Assembly (NCBI RefSeq): GCF_037042905.1
Contig: NC_087251.1
Span: forward strand, 33,356,001 to 33,420,000
DNA from: Lytechinus pictus
Lineage: Eukaryota
DNA length: 64,000 bases
Direction of reading: 5' to 3'
Below the pieces are notes generated by a model that did not search any database, was not told the DNA's origin, and worked only from the letters and a program-made list of their open reading frames with translations. A program made the translations under genes and the position numbers. Positions 1 to 12,147 of this stretch are shown here, one piece after another (the stretch's first letter is position 1; each line of letters opens with the position of its first letter).

Positions 1-539
1 CATACATTGTAACGTAGCACGCTTATTATATTTCCTTTGTCAATACAAAATGCTGAAAAATTTAATATATAAAATGCCTACAAGAGATCTATTCGAGTAA
101 TTGGTAAAATGACATGACAATTTATTAGTATTTCTATAAAAAAGCTAAAAGCGAAAAAAAAAATTAAAAACATATGTCTTATTGATTTTTTGGTGGCGCA
201 GGAAGCGTATGCGCAGACGTGCATAAAGAGTGGTGGAGGAAAATATTAAAGAGCAAAAACAATAAAATGATGAGTTAAGATCAAACTGGGTGCATCCGAT
301 TCCAGTTCGTCCTAGTTCTATTTTCTCTCACTCTAAATCGCATTCATTCATTTTTGAAAATGTGCTGCCTAGGTTGAATAGGAAAGAGGACATGTTATCG
401 ACTGAGCGTGTTTCTTTATTAGCATGATTTGACATTTAAACGAGCGAGCGTTTCATTCTCCTTCCAATGCACTTCAGTCGCATAATGAGAAATGAAGCCT
501 CGTCAAGACCAAGAAAATACCTCATGCCATTAAGTCTCT

Positions 540-980
540 CAACTTGAAGGAAAAATCCACCACTTTGCCTCACTCAACCATTTTGAATTTACAATGTTGA
601 ACCATCACTGTTTGAATGGACGATATGAGAGCGGTAACACAGACTTGGTTAATAAAATTAAACTGCCCTGCCTTTCATTAAAAAAAAACCCTCTTCCCAA
701 AAAACGGTTCTTAATACTAGCTGCATGTTTAATTTCTACCTGCCAAAACATGTTTAATGAATGTACTGTTCATTCCTGAATATTTTGCTCGGTTCACTTG
801 AATAGGAGGTTGCACTCTCCAAGCTCCACTTGTTCTTAGCAGCCTTCTATTTTCCCAACCTGTTAGTATCAAATCTTGACTATAATTTTTGTACTTAGAA
901 ACTGCTATTATCCTTTATTGCTTATATTTATCTGTATATCAAGATTTACAAAACCAGTAGTAAACATTGGAAATGGAAAT
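540..980 (+). mobile_element. Heavily decayed 3' end of a non-LTR retrotransposon (CR1/L2-like)
   Basis: The remnant peptide RYESGNTDLVNKIKLPC resembles LINE ORF2 C-termini. It is followed by a T-rich UTR ending TAAACATTGGAAATGGAAAT. Very degenerate. Confidence 0.3.
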
Positions 981-1884
981 GTAACGAAGCGAATCACTTC
1001 TGCGGACGACGGAAAATAAGTATAGTGTTGCTTTCGTTGCCGCGACACCCTTCAAATGGAGCACTTGGAGTCCCTTTTTGCGTCGGCCTACAGATTCGCA
1101 CCCTAGGAAGCTCTTTGCACCTTAAAGGGTGCAGTTTTCTATATTTTGCACAATTCGGAGGTCCGCAATGCTACCTTTCAGATACTATGAAGGTGCAAAT
1201 TTGCACTTTTTAACAAAAAAAAAACAAGTGCAACCTAAAAATTGCACCTTTATGGTGCAAACTCGCATTTACGAGTGCAGACAGGAATAAAATGGCGCAT
1301 CCTTGTACCTTTTACGTTTACGGTACTGGATTTTAGAAGGAAGTGGCCAGTGTCGCATTTAGGGTCCAAATTGATTTTATTTCTCTTTCTTAGTGTGCAT
1401 TGTGTATTTCAAAATATGATTGGTAAGAGCTTTTCCTCGCTCTTTCCAAATCAGCATACATTATGCGCTATTAATGTGTCCTCGACTGTGTGCACTATAA
1501 ATAAGTAAATCTAGAACGTATACATATAGTGATCAATCAAGTATATTGGTATTCGAAATGGTATTTTCTTTCAGCATTTATTGAGTCTCATGAGTTAGAG
1601 TGCATGTGCGTCGATTCCTTTTCAAGTTGAGGACGATCACCGATATCATAATTATCTTGTTTATCCCACCTATTACATCATACGAGCAAGCGGTTCAAGC
1701 AACGAATTTTTTTTTTTTTTTAGTTTAAACTGTTCAATATAAAACACACTAGGTGCACTATTTATTATAATAACAAATGATATTCAATCATCTGCATTGC
1801 CAAATTTTCTTGATTTTTGAAATAATCTTGCATCCACACCCCCTTTATAGATCACTTTCTATATATTAAACAGGCAAGTAGAGC

Positions 1885-2794
1885 AATCGAGCAGTACAAT
1901 TTAGCTCTTATTAAAATAATTATACACGATTACCCAACGAGAGAACGTAATTATTATCACTTACCCCCAACCCGTACTATATTCATGATATTAGCAAAAC
2001 AATTTTGCCTTTTTTGGACCAGTGTATTGGAATTCCCTGCCCAACGGCTTTAGAGAATCTCCAAGCCTTGGTATTTTTAAACGCAAACTAAAGAAAGATG
2101 CTAATTTGTCAATACTCCACACCAACAAGTCAAGCTAACACATAACCTAAACTAAAACTATAAAATAACCTTACTTTTTACTACCAATACATTTATTATA
2201 TATTACTTATTCTAAAAAAAATGACACTACAACATGCTACAATGCATTGTTCCTCTGTTCATTTACAGTTCACTTCCCTTCTCTCCCTCTTTCTTTCCTT
2301 TGCCTCTTTTTTCCCTATTATAACTTTGTAAATACTTTATCATTATTAATGTTGTTATCATTGTAATTATCATTATTTGAACTACTTTCTCTCATTGCAA
2401 TTATCATTATTTGAACTACTTTTTCTTATTTTTGTTGTTGCTTATTCGCTTTATTTTGATATTATGTAGAGTACTTGTTTTAAGCTCGTCTTCCAAGTCC
2501 GTCTCCATTTTTACATATAGTATTGTATATAGTTTGTTTATGATTAGTATTGAAACTAAGTTTAAGGTCTTCTATACAAACTTTGCTTTTCTTGGCAAGT
2601 CCCTTCGTTCATTTCCACACTCTTTTTTATAGATAGAATAATTGCAGCTCACTTTAGTTTTGTTTAATTTATCTTCAATATTTGTTATGAAATGTAATTG
2701 AACTGTCTGTATTATATTGAAAATGTAGCCTATTGTTACTTTGATTATATTTTGAAAATTTTGTTGAACGGAAATATATAAATCTAAATCTAAA
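1885..2794 (+). mobile_element. CR1-type LINE 3' fragment (ORF2 C-terminus + 3' UTR)
   Basis: 1922-2100 reads IHDYPTRERNYYHLPPTRTIF..AKQFCLF/GPVYWNSLPNGFRESPSLGIFKRKLKK across frameshifts, the typical CR1 ORF2 C-terminal WNSLP...FKRKLK motif. A T-rich UTR follows and ends in an (AAATCT)n-like tail at about 2778-2794. Confidence 0.7.
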
Positions 2795-3657
2795 ATTACA
2801 TGTTGCATGCATGTATACAATTACATCCATATATTTGAGATAAGAATTTAACATGAATGTATTCCAGCTCAACATAATTCATCACTGATCATTCGTTGAT
2901 TTCAGCATAGCATTGTCTCGATAGGAGGTGGGTTAAGAAATGATATAATATTGCATGTTTGCAGAGTATTACCTCCCTTAGGAATGTCTTCTGAAATGAA
3001 ATATGATCACCTTAAGGCAAGAGATCCGACGAAAGAGACCGCCAGTCGGCATCCCCCACTCTCTGTTCTAATCAAGGCGGCGCTCGCAGAAAAGGTGTTT
3101 GATGCCCTCACACACACTCATGTTTGGTTATTTCGTATCATATCTTTCTTTAATACCACTTCTCATCCTTATGCATGGGAAATTAATCTAGCAGGAAGAT
3201 GAGATGCATTTGAATAAAAGTGATTTGTATTTCGCCGTTTGAAGAGGGTCAGTGCAATCAATGGTAATTAACAGAGACTCAAACGAAGGATAATTGCGAG
3301 CCATTTTCTTCTCATCGTCCCTCTTCCAGTCTATCTCTACGTCCGCCTCTTTCTATCTCTCTCTCCATTCCTTCTTTCTTTCTCAGTTTTAGACTATGTT
3401 TTTCTTTTCTTTTCAATATTCCCCTTGGAAGAATGAACAAGCCTGAAGAAAAATGCATCTGTCAATGTAGTGTTCTTTCCGATACTTCTCTTGTAGCATA
3501 TTGTATGAGATCATTTTGTCTATATGATTGCTCATTTTATGAAATAATTATCACTAACAAACGCAGAATTTAATCAGGAATAATAGTCAAATTATAAACA
3601 TTTCCAATAATCACTTATTATCTGACTAACATTGTGGAAATGATTTTGTTCTTGCAG

Positions 3658-4279
3658 GGACCGAAGGAGGATTGTGGCAAAGAACAAATACATCCGTGAT
3701 CAGAGGTTACTAGCAGCCGCAGAGTGTGAGACAGGAGCACCAGTCGCAGAACCAGCTGTAGCTGAACCGGCTACATCACAACAGCTACATAAGCAACATT
3801 TGTCTCCTCCAGAGGGAATAGGACGACAGCTAAGAGCAGGGAGCGCCCCTAACATCCAAGAGGCAAGAAGAGGGTCGGCATTCAAGCCACCACCAACACC
3901 AACGGAGAAGAGGTGGACAAGACAAGGGCTTCAATACCGACACGAAGGCGGCTGTGTTCACATTCACAAAACAGACAGTACCAGTGGAGACGCAAATTCT
4001 GAGTGCGGGAGTAGAAAGAACTCGAGGCAGATGGATACAGCCGATCTTGAAGGTGATGTCTTTATGACAGTACCAACGACGCACCGGCAACGCTCGGCCT
4101 CAGCGGACGTGACACACACGGCGCAGTCGCCGACAGACAGATCATCCACCACCATCACGATAACCCAACCTCCACAGAAACCGGTGTATCTTAGTACAGA
4201 TGGGTCAGGGACGCAGCCACAGAGCACAACGGAGGCACCCAAGTCCGCTCCAGGCTCTAAAGACCCGTCTTGGGTCTAG
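3658..4279 (+). CDS. Terminal coding exon of an unidentified multi-exon gene; disordered S/T/P-rich tail ending KDPSWV (class I PDZ-binding motif)
   Basis: Polypyrimidine tract plus TTGCAG acceptor at 3657. The frame is open from 3659 (DRRRIVAKNKYIRDQRLL...) to TAG at 4277-4279, and GC content jumps relative to the flanks. No upstream exons were identified in this window. Confidence 0.8.
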
Positions 4280-7200
4280 ATGAACTGTATTCAGCGGTGT
4301 TGAATCACTGTTGCCCTCTTCCAGATTCGAGAACAGCTTTGAATTATGGCCTAGTCATTATTCTAAACGATGCAGCTTCGAGAGGTCGTCGGATCAACAT
4401 CGGACCATCCCCCGATCTACGGCTCTAGGGTCAAAGACAGCCACCAAGATGCCGAACAGATTCCCTGTGGTTGATTAGGATTGTTTGAATTTGATTCGAT
4501 GGAAGCTAAAGCTTTGAGCAGTATGTGCCCTTGGTATAATCGCCAAATGCTCTTTAGAGCAACCGTATCTTCGCCTTGAGGATTACAAAATACGGAGGAT
4601 AGGCGAGAGTGGTCTAAGTAACAAGGCTGTGATATCAAGGTATCAAAGGAAAATGCTTCATGTCGACAAAATTAATAGTTGTGGCCAGTGGACGACTACA
4701 AAGTAGCACCCGACATACTGGCAGTACCAAGTACTACTATATACACTAGTTAGACTAGTCGTGAGAGTTTATTTCTCTCTAATAACCAGATCATAGACTG
4801 CCAAGTTGAACCACTGTGTAAAGACGATTATTTCCATGTAGAAAAACGAAATTACAATACCAGATGTAAATCGACGCTTTTAAATACATGTTATATAACC
4901 ACAAGTGCATCATGGATTTAAATATTGAACGGAGTGCATGTTAATAGCGTGTTTGTGTATGTGTGTGTGTGTTAGGATGCAGCGTTAGTATTTCAAACAA
5001 AATGAATTAGGTAGATCAATTAGATAGTATAAGCATATCTCATTCTCGGAATTAATAAAGGGGCAATTAAGAAGCAGGAAGCGATTATGATGTGTTTTTC
5101 CAGACATTTTGTATCTTGTAATTCTACCGCAATGTTCGTTTATGCTTACCACTGGGACAATAGCCAAAGGGGAATAGCGCTCTCTTATTGAGCTTCGAAG
5201 AGGATGCCTGTTGAAATGGAGGGAAATGTCATGCATTTATCATGCTTTGCATGAGGCAATCCAGGCAATGCACTGCCGTAGAAGATGACAAATATTACTT
5301 TTGCGGTTTAGAACAAGTTGCGCTACTAGAGTTTCAGCCATGCAAGTGTTATGTTAGAAACGCTTTCAAACAGGCTGTTAGTTCCTAGACATTGAAGTGA
5401 TCACTGCGGAAGTTTCATCTGCTTGTTTGATGTTACCATAAGATGTTTTGATGTTACGTTTGGGTTCATATTCAATCATCATTTGTCGATAAGTTGAAAG
5501 GAATAAGAAAAAGAGGACGAAGACGAAGAAAAGACGAAGAAGAAGAAGAGAAGAAAAGAAAAACAATAGATGGGGGAAGAAAGCATTTTCTTTTTTAAAA
5601 CACGGAGAATCCCTGTCACCTGATGAAAGTTTTCCAGGTCGAGTGAACATTTCGCTGTAGCACGGACCTACAAAGAAATAGACATTGATCGGTTAGTTAA
5701 TTATTTTCATATTTGTTTTATTCTATAATGGTCTCCGAAATAGATATTGCATGAAATGCATGCGCAGGAGATAATCGCTTAAATCCTGGAAAATCAATGT
5801 GCAGTTTAGGTTTACAATTGGTAGTCTTAGTTGTATGTGTTTTGTTTGGGAAAATGTATGCATATTTGAAGACAGAAATACAGATTTTCAAGACATATAG
5901 TTGGAAGTAAGGTACGCCATTATTTTCGTCATACCTTATATAATATTCCAGCTCTTCTTGTCAGTGTCATTGTCATCGAAGCGATGTACTGTCTCATTGA
6001 TGGTATCGAAAGTGATAAGGAGCGTATTTGAGGGGGAAAATGTGTATATGTATGGAATGAAGTATAAATAACGCACGGAAATAAGTGCATGAACAACATT
6101 ACAGTGCATGAAAGGTTCCTTAAGTGTCAAACTGTGCTGCCCGAGCCTGTTGTTGAGTTCCCAGTGTGCACCGGCTAAAGTAACCGAGCATTCATTGCAT
6201 TTACTTTCATACACGACAGTGCAAGTGCATTATTTGTTGTATAAAATGGCGACACCAAAAATGCAAGTTCTTAAAGGAAGTCCGTAAAAGGAGTAAAGTT
6301 ATGGTACTCTTCTACAATTCTTACAATAGTATTGATCTGCTGGCGCGTGCAATGTCAATTTTCGTTGGAAAGTTTTTGCATTGTAAAGCAAAAAGTTGAA
6401 TGGCTTGTGACACGTTTTGACCAATTGCGATTTTTAAAAATAATAATAATACAGTGTTTCATTGAAAAAATACTTTATTTGCAATGTGTCCATTGAAATG
6501 TAAATAATATTGTAGTATTCATGATAGATATGGATGAGATTGATTTGATAAAAAAAACGTGTAGTGATAAAAGAAATTTAGCAATAAGAATTGCTCCGTG
6601 AGAAGTGAGCAGTTATTTCCATGAAACATTTGTGAAGTGTACTGTAGGTATTGACTAAAATTCGTTTGAATTAGTGTCAGAGTAACGCGTCATTTAGTTA
6701 GGATCATTATTAGTTAAAATAAGATTAAACTATATTCAAGTAACATATACAGGCGAGTTTTAGATCATTACAGATCAGTCACTGAGAACATAACTTCCAG
6801 ATAGTCGTCCAGTCATCTTTGGTAAATATAAGCTGTTGAAAGGAGTACACAAAAATACACATCATCGAGGGGATTGATAAGAATTACACGCAAATGTAAC
6901 AAGTTTGTGTCATTATGCTAATTCACGAGCAAAATGATGTGTATTATATGGTTTAAAATAAATTGATGTAGATCCTTTTTATTTGATTACCCATCCTAAA
7001 TTCCTAACTATGACCGGTCAATAGAACTAGTCATTAGTACAAGTCATTAGCATATTTGAATGTTAGTTAAAAATGATGACTGGTCACGGTGAGGAATTTC
7101 AGCCGGCTATTTGATTAGGATCCATATCACAATTTGTAATGAATATCATATCTCACGGTGGGAATATAACTTTTTAACATGTTCGTATGATGTTTTGGTG

Positions 7201-8009
7201 GTATAAATTTGATTTGGCTAATCGGTTGTGAATACTGCACAGATGTTTGCAGCCGAGAAAATGTATCGTTGGCCAGTTTCGTCCAATATTCCGCATCTCC
7301 GCCCATGCATCGCTCCTCCTCCCCCTTCTCCCCCTCTTATTCATATACATTCTTCCTTTCAAAAGGCGGGCACTGCCCACTAAACGCTCCCTTGCTTCAA
7401 AATGAGTTATATCATTTGTTGAAATATTTTTCCCCAAATTATCTATGTTTAAACAGAAAACGACACTGGTCTTAAAATGATATACAATAATAGTTGACAT
7501 ATTTCTCCACGGCTACCACAAACAATTCATCATTGCGGTGGTTGATTGATGATTATGATAATGGCGGCTAAACTGTTGAATAAGTCGCATTTTATATACA
7601 TGTAATATGATTATAACGCTTTATTGTGTATAGCAGTGTGTTCATGACTGCAGCCTATAATGCATTAGTCAAATACCGTGTACTAATGAAGGTTTTTAAT
7701 GTAAATATCTTGCATCGATGGATTTATAATTTTGTTACGTTTGACTTCGTGGTTTTGGTATTTCTGTTCTATTTTTTTAAACGTTTGTTCTACGAAAGCA
7801 GATTCTGAACTATTCATACTTGAATAAATACCATTCATATAGTGATGAATATTTCATAATGCTTGTACCAGAATTCTATTGTTTTCCTTTCTTTCAACAT
7901 GTCGTTTCGTATTAAACATCCTGATTACAATGAGGGGCGACAGAACTTTGATAGGGAATGGGGCAAGATCACCTATTTTTCCATTTTTTAAATAGAATTA
8001 CAGGGGTAA

Positions 8010-8151
8010 NNNNNNNNNNNNNNNNNNNNNNNNNNNNNNNNNNNNNNNNNNNNNNNNNNNNNNNNNNNNNNNNNNNNNNNNNNNNNNNNNNNNNNNNNNN
8101 NNNNNNNNNNNNNNNNNNNNNNNNNNNNNNNNNNNNNNNNNNNNNNNNNNN
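8010..8151. other. Assembly gap (others at 17019-17298, 27274-27409, 28067-28278)
   Basis: Runs of N; some abut (ATT)n-type or other low-complexity sequence. Confidence 1.
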
Positions 8152-8418
8152 GATCATCACAGCCAATGGCCGAATTGTGATCTATTGTACAGACATGTAA
8201 GTGATATACAAGTTTTCATGTATCATGAAAATTTCAAAATGATACCAAAAAAAACTAACTATTTGGTGATCTTTGGGAATGTAGAGTCAATGGATAAAAG
8301 GAGAGATGTGGCAATAAGCTAGGGAAAAGAAAGAAGGAAATAGACGAATGTAAATTGAAACCATAAGTAGGTGGTAGGCAGTAAATGGAGAAGACGGAAA
8401 AGGGAGGAGGCAAAGGTA

Positions 8419-8735
8419 CATGCAGGGCCCTGGGAACGATTTTTGGACAGGTGGTACTGATGTAAACTTGAAAAGCAAAAAAAAATTAATAAAAATGAAG
8501 CTCGTTCTGTTACCGAGAAATTTGACAAGCAATAAAAGGGGGCTTACTACAAAATAAAGGTCGTTTTAGTTATAATTATTCATTTCGCGAAATGAATAAT
8601 TATAACTAAAACGACCTTTACTGATGTAAACTTGAGAAGCAAAAAAAAATAATAAAAATGAAGCTCGTTCTGTTACCGAGAAATTTGACAAGCAAAAAAA
8701 AATAATATCCCAGCACCCCCGCTTCTAGGGCCATG
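8419..8735. mobile_element. hAT-like MITE containing an internal duplication and palindrome
   Basis: Flanked by CAAAGGTA (8411-8418) and CAAAGGCA (8736-8743), an 8-bp TSD with one mismatch. Imperfect termini CATGCAGGGCCCTGG / TTCTAGGGCCATG. Confidence 0.5.
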
Positions 8736-11700
8736 CAAAGGCAGAAAGGAGAGAAGGTAGAAAAAAAGCGATCTCGTTCATCAAAACTTGACTTTTACAC
8801 ACCATATCCTATCACTTAAATATGTTAACACGTAAAATTGAATGAGATAGTAAATTATGCAATGACGTTATTTTACTGTGGAATTGTAAACATACAGAGA
8901 AATCCAAATTAAATTGATTACATTTTTTTAGAATAACAAAATATGGAAGTAAGCTGCATTGGAAAATTGAGTTTTGAATTTATATTGTTGATATTTCGTT
9001 TCTGATCTTAAAGTATAATCACATTGTTGTCTGAGAGGTGAAAAATTATAAATTGTGGATGCTTGGTTAGAGAACTGGCAAAGTTATACAATTTCCGTCT
9101 TACTTCAAACGAACAAAATTATATTGAACGTTTCAAATGCAGATCTCTTTCATACTTTGCTAATCGTTTGAATAAAATGTAATCCATCTAATTTTGTTTT
9201 ATATTTCTTATACACTCTAAATGCAAAACAAGTCAATCTGTTCCCTTATCACATATTTCACGGAGTGAGACGAGGGACAAGTCCTTGTGGAGTGAAATTT
9301 GCATCTTTTGAGAGTGGATTTTACCGCCTCCTTTTTTTAAGAAGTGTCTACAAAGACGCACAGTTTACTCAAGAAGGAGTTATAATGCACTCATTAAGGA
9401 TGTAATTCACTCCGAAAGGGTTTGTCCTAGTATCACTCCGAGAGCATTGTGATTAGAAATTAGATTAGCTCTTTTTCATTAAGTGAGCTTGTGAGGATAA
9501 CAAAAAATCTCTTTAAGAAAGACACATTTTTTTAAATGTCTTTAAAATTTCATTTGAAAAATCAAACATTGATGGCAGAGTTAGATGTGGTCGTAGATTT
9601 ACCTCACGAGAACTTTACATGAAACGTTAACTAGTGAACGCTCTGACACTGTACACATATTTTCATGTTCAACTTGCCCTTTCCATTCTTTTTTAAAAGC
9701 CAGAATACTTTTATCTTCGATATCATGGTTTTGAGCGAAAAATGTGAAACTACAAACGCACGATTTCATGGATGATAGCGAAGAAAGGTATTTGAGGTGT
9801 AATTCTAAATATAATCTCTTTTCCCAAGAGATTGTATTTTTAACACAAAGAAGCAAGCTCTTGTTAAAATGGGCCACTTAAACCGCTACAGGCGGTAAGG
9901 TATTTACTCTTAATACATTAATGGACACTGTTCGTCGTTAATTCGATTGGTACGTCATCTGGAAGAGGCTTTTTAGGCGTTACCCGGTAAATATCATAAA
10001 TCCTTTTCACTCAAGAGAAAGAGAAATGAATAAGTAATAAGTCTGGATAATCCTTGGCCATTCGGAACGGTAAATACTTTCCACGCTTATTTCAAATTAT
10101 TTCTTTCCTGCATGGAAACTAAGTCAATTGGTGACCTCTAATGTAAACTAATAAACCCCACAATTCTTGCAGCCGACACCATTCATAGTGGCTGGAGATT
10201 GAAGGCGCATATTGTGCAAATTTATAGATAATATTTCGTATGTATAAATATTATGAAGGCTTTGACGTTTTAAAATTATATATCGGTATTACACCGACTC
10301 GGGTGGAGAGTGAAAAGTCGGAGGAATTTAGCTGTATAACTCTGTCCTACACTCACCGAAATTGTTTAACCAACCTATATTTTTAAAATTTCCTGTGTTG
10401 GTTAAAACAAAATGGCGTGTTAAATGAGCTGTGATTTTTTTTAACCAGCAGTTGGTAACTTCATATTTTAACCAAATTTGGGGTAGTAGGTGCGATCAGT
10501 TGATGTATATCCAAATAAAAATAAGTACTAACTTTAGACTGAGAGTAGAGTACCACCTGATTTTTTTTAAGATTCATAGACTATGGGTTTAAGTAAATTG
10601 TATATTGGAAATAAAATATTGAGTACCCGCAAAATCGCATAAGTAAAGGTATGAATGTCCAGGTATTCAAATAATTTTTATTCATATTTTTAAAATGAAC
10701 AATAAACTACAGTGATCTACCCATACAAAAGCCTTGATAGGATTAAGCCTCAAATGACATAACTCCAAGTTATAGGTATATGAATATAACGAAAAAACAC
10801 TTCATATATTGTGTCACTGCCTGTTTCAAGTTATTGCATGCCTATATTTTTTGTTTCTACGTCAGGCATTTTTTCAGATTGTCGAGATCAATCATTATTA
10901 CTTATATATTAAATACACTTCATGAATGGACCCATATTCTTATACTGATAACTTGGAGTTATGACAGTTGTGACCATTTTATTTATAATAAGCTTTTACA
11001 AAAGACTTTCTACATGCATAACCAATCGCCTGTATATACACGTACATCTTTGTCTGCATCTCATTAAAAAATTATGTATACAAAGTAAACAAAGTTATAG
11101 AAATTACACTAATCTGCCGCCGTATTCTTGAATTAGATTTTGATTCAATTTGAATATCTGGATAAATGAAGCATTTTTATTCATGACGAAATTCTATTAA
11201 ATCTTATTTATCTACTATTGTATATGTCACTTATCACATTATATCTTGCTTTACAAGATTTCGAACTCGATTTCTTGGTCGATTGCTAAATCACGATTGT
11301 TAAGAAATGTGGGACGGCGATTCTCATAAAACACGAAAAAAATAGAATGCTAAACTATAAAGTAAATACAATACAATATACTTATTCTAGCACTAAATAT
11401 AGTCCTAGAAACCTAATCAAATTAAAGGTACAGGCCTTCTTTTTTCTGTTTTTACTTCATATGCCATTATTGTACTTTCAAATTATGATTTTTATTATCA
11501 CTGATTTGATACTTTTGCTGTACAGGTAAATTTTAATTTAACTTGTAATACTCTGCCCAAAAGGGAATCAAGATCCTAATACATATTCAAGAAATATAAT
11601 TGATGTTATATTTCTTTTTTTTATAATTTCTATTATTATTATTATTATTATCATTGTTAATATTACTAGTGTTATAATTATTTTCATTATCATAATTATC

Positions 11701-11989
11701 ATCATAATCATCACCATTATCATTATTTTTTTCTTTGGGAGGGGGAGATGGATGTGTGAAACATTTGCTTTTGACGTCCGATTTCGATGGTTTCAATAAA
11801 TAGAAATGTAATATTTTCTGTCAAAGCTGGAGTACCCCTGTAACACATTTTGAATATATTTAATAACCGCTTATACTGTATAACTACAGTACCTCGTTCA
11901 TCATGGTACAATGTCTCTGAAAAGAATCCTTTTTGCTCACAATCATGACGTAATGGACTTTGGCCTCCTCTAATACCTCATTTGCCATT

Positions 11990-12147
11990 TCAAAACCTCA
12001 TTTGCCATTTGCCATTTCTGTACATATACACACCAAGCCCTATACTGAGAGGGATGAAAATAGCGAGCAATACCGACAGGACCGAGATAGCTGCTATTGC
12101 TGATGTAGGCATACCTTGGGTACCGATTCCATAACCGCATCCCACAT
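11990..12147 (-). CDS. Serine protease exon 6 (stalk, transmembrane helix, short cytoplasmic tail)
   Basis: ATCCAG acceptor, phase 1 matching exon 5. Reads [54 protein letters not shown] at 11992-11990. Confidence 0.8.
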
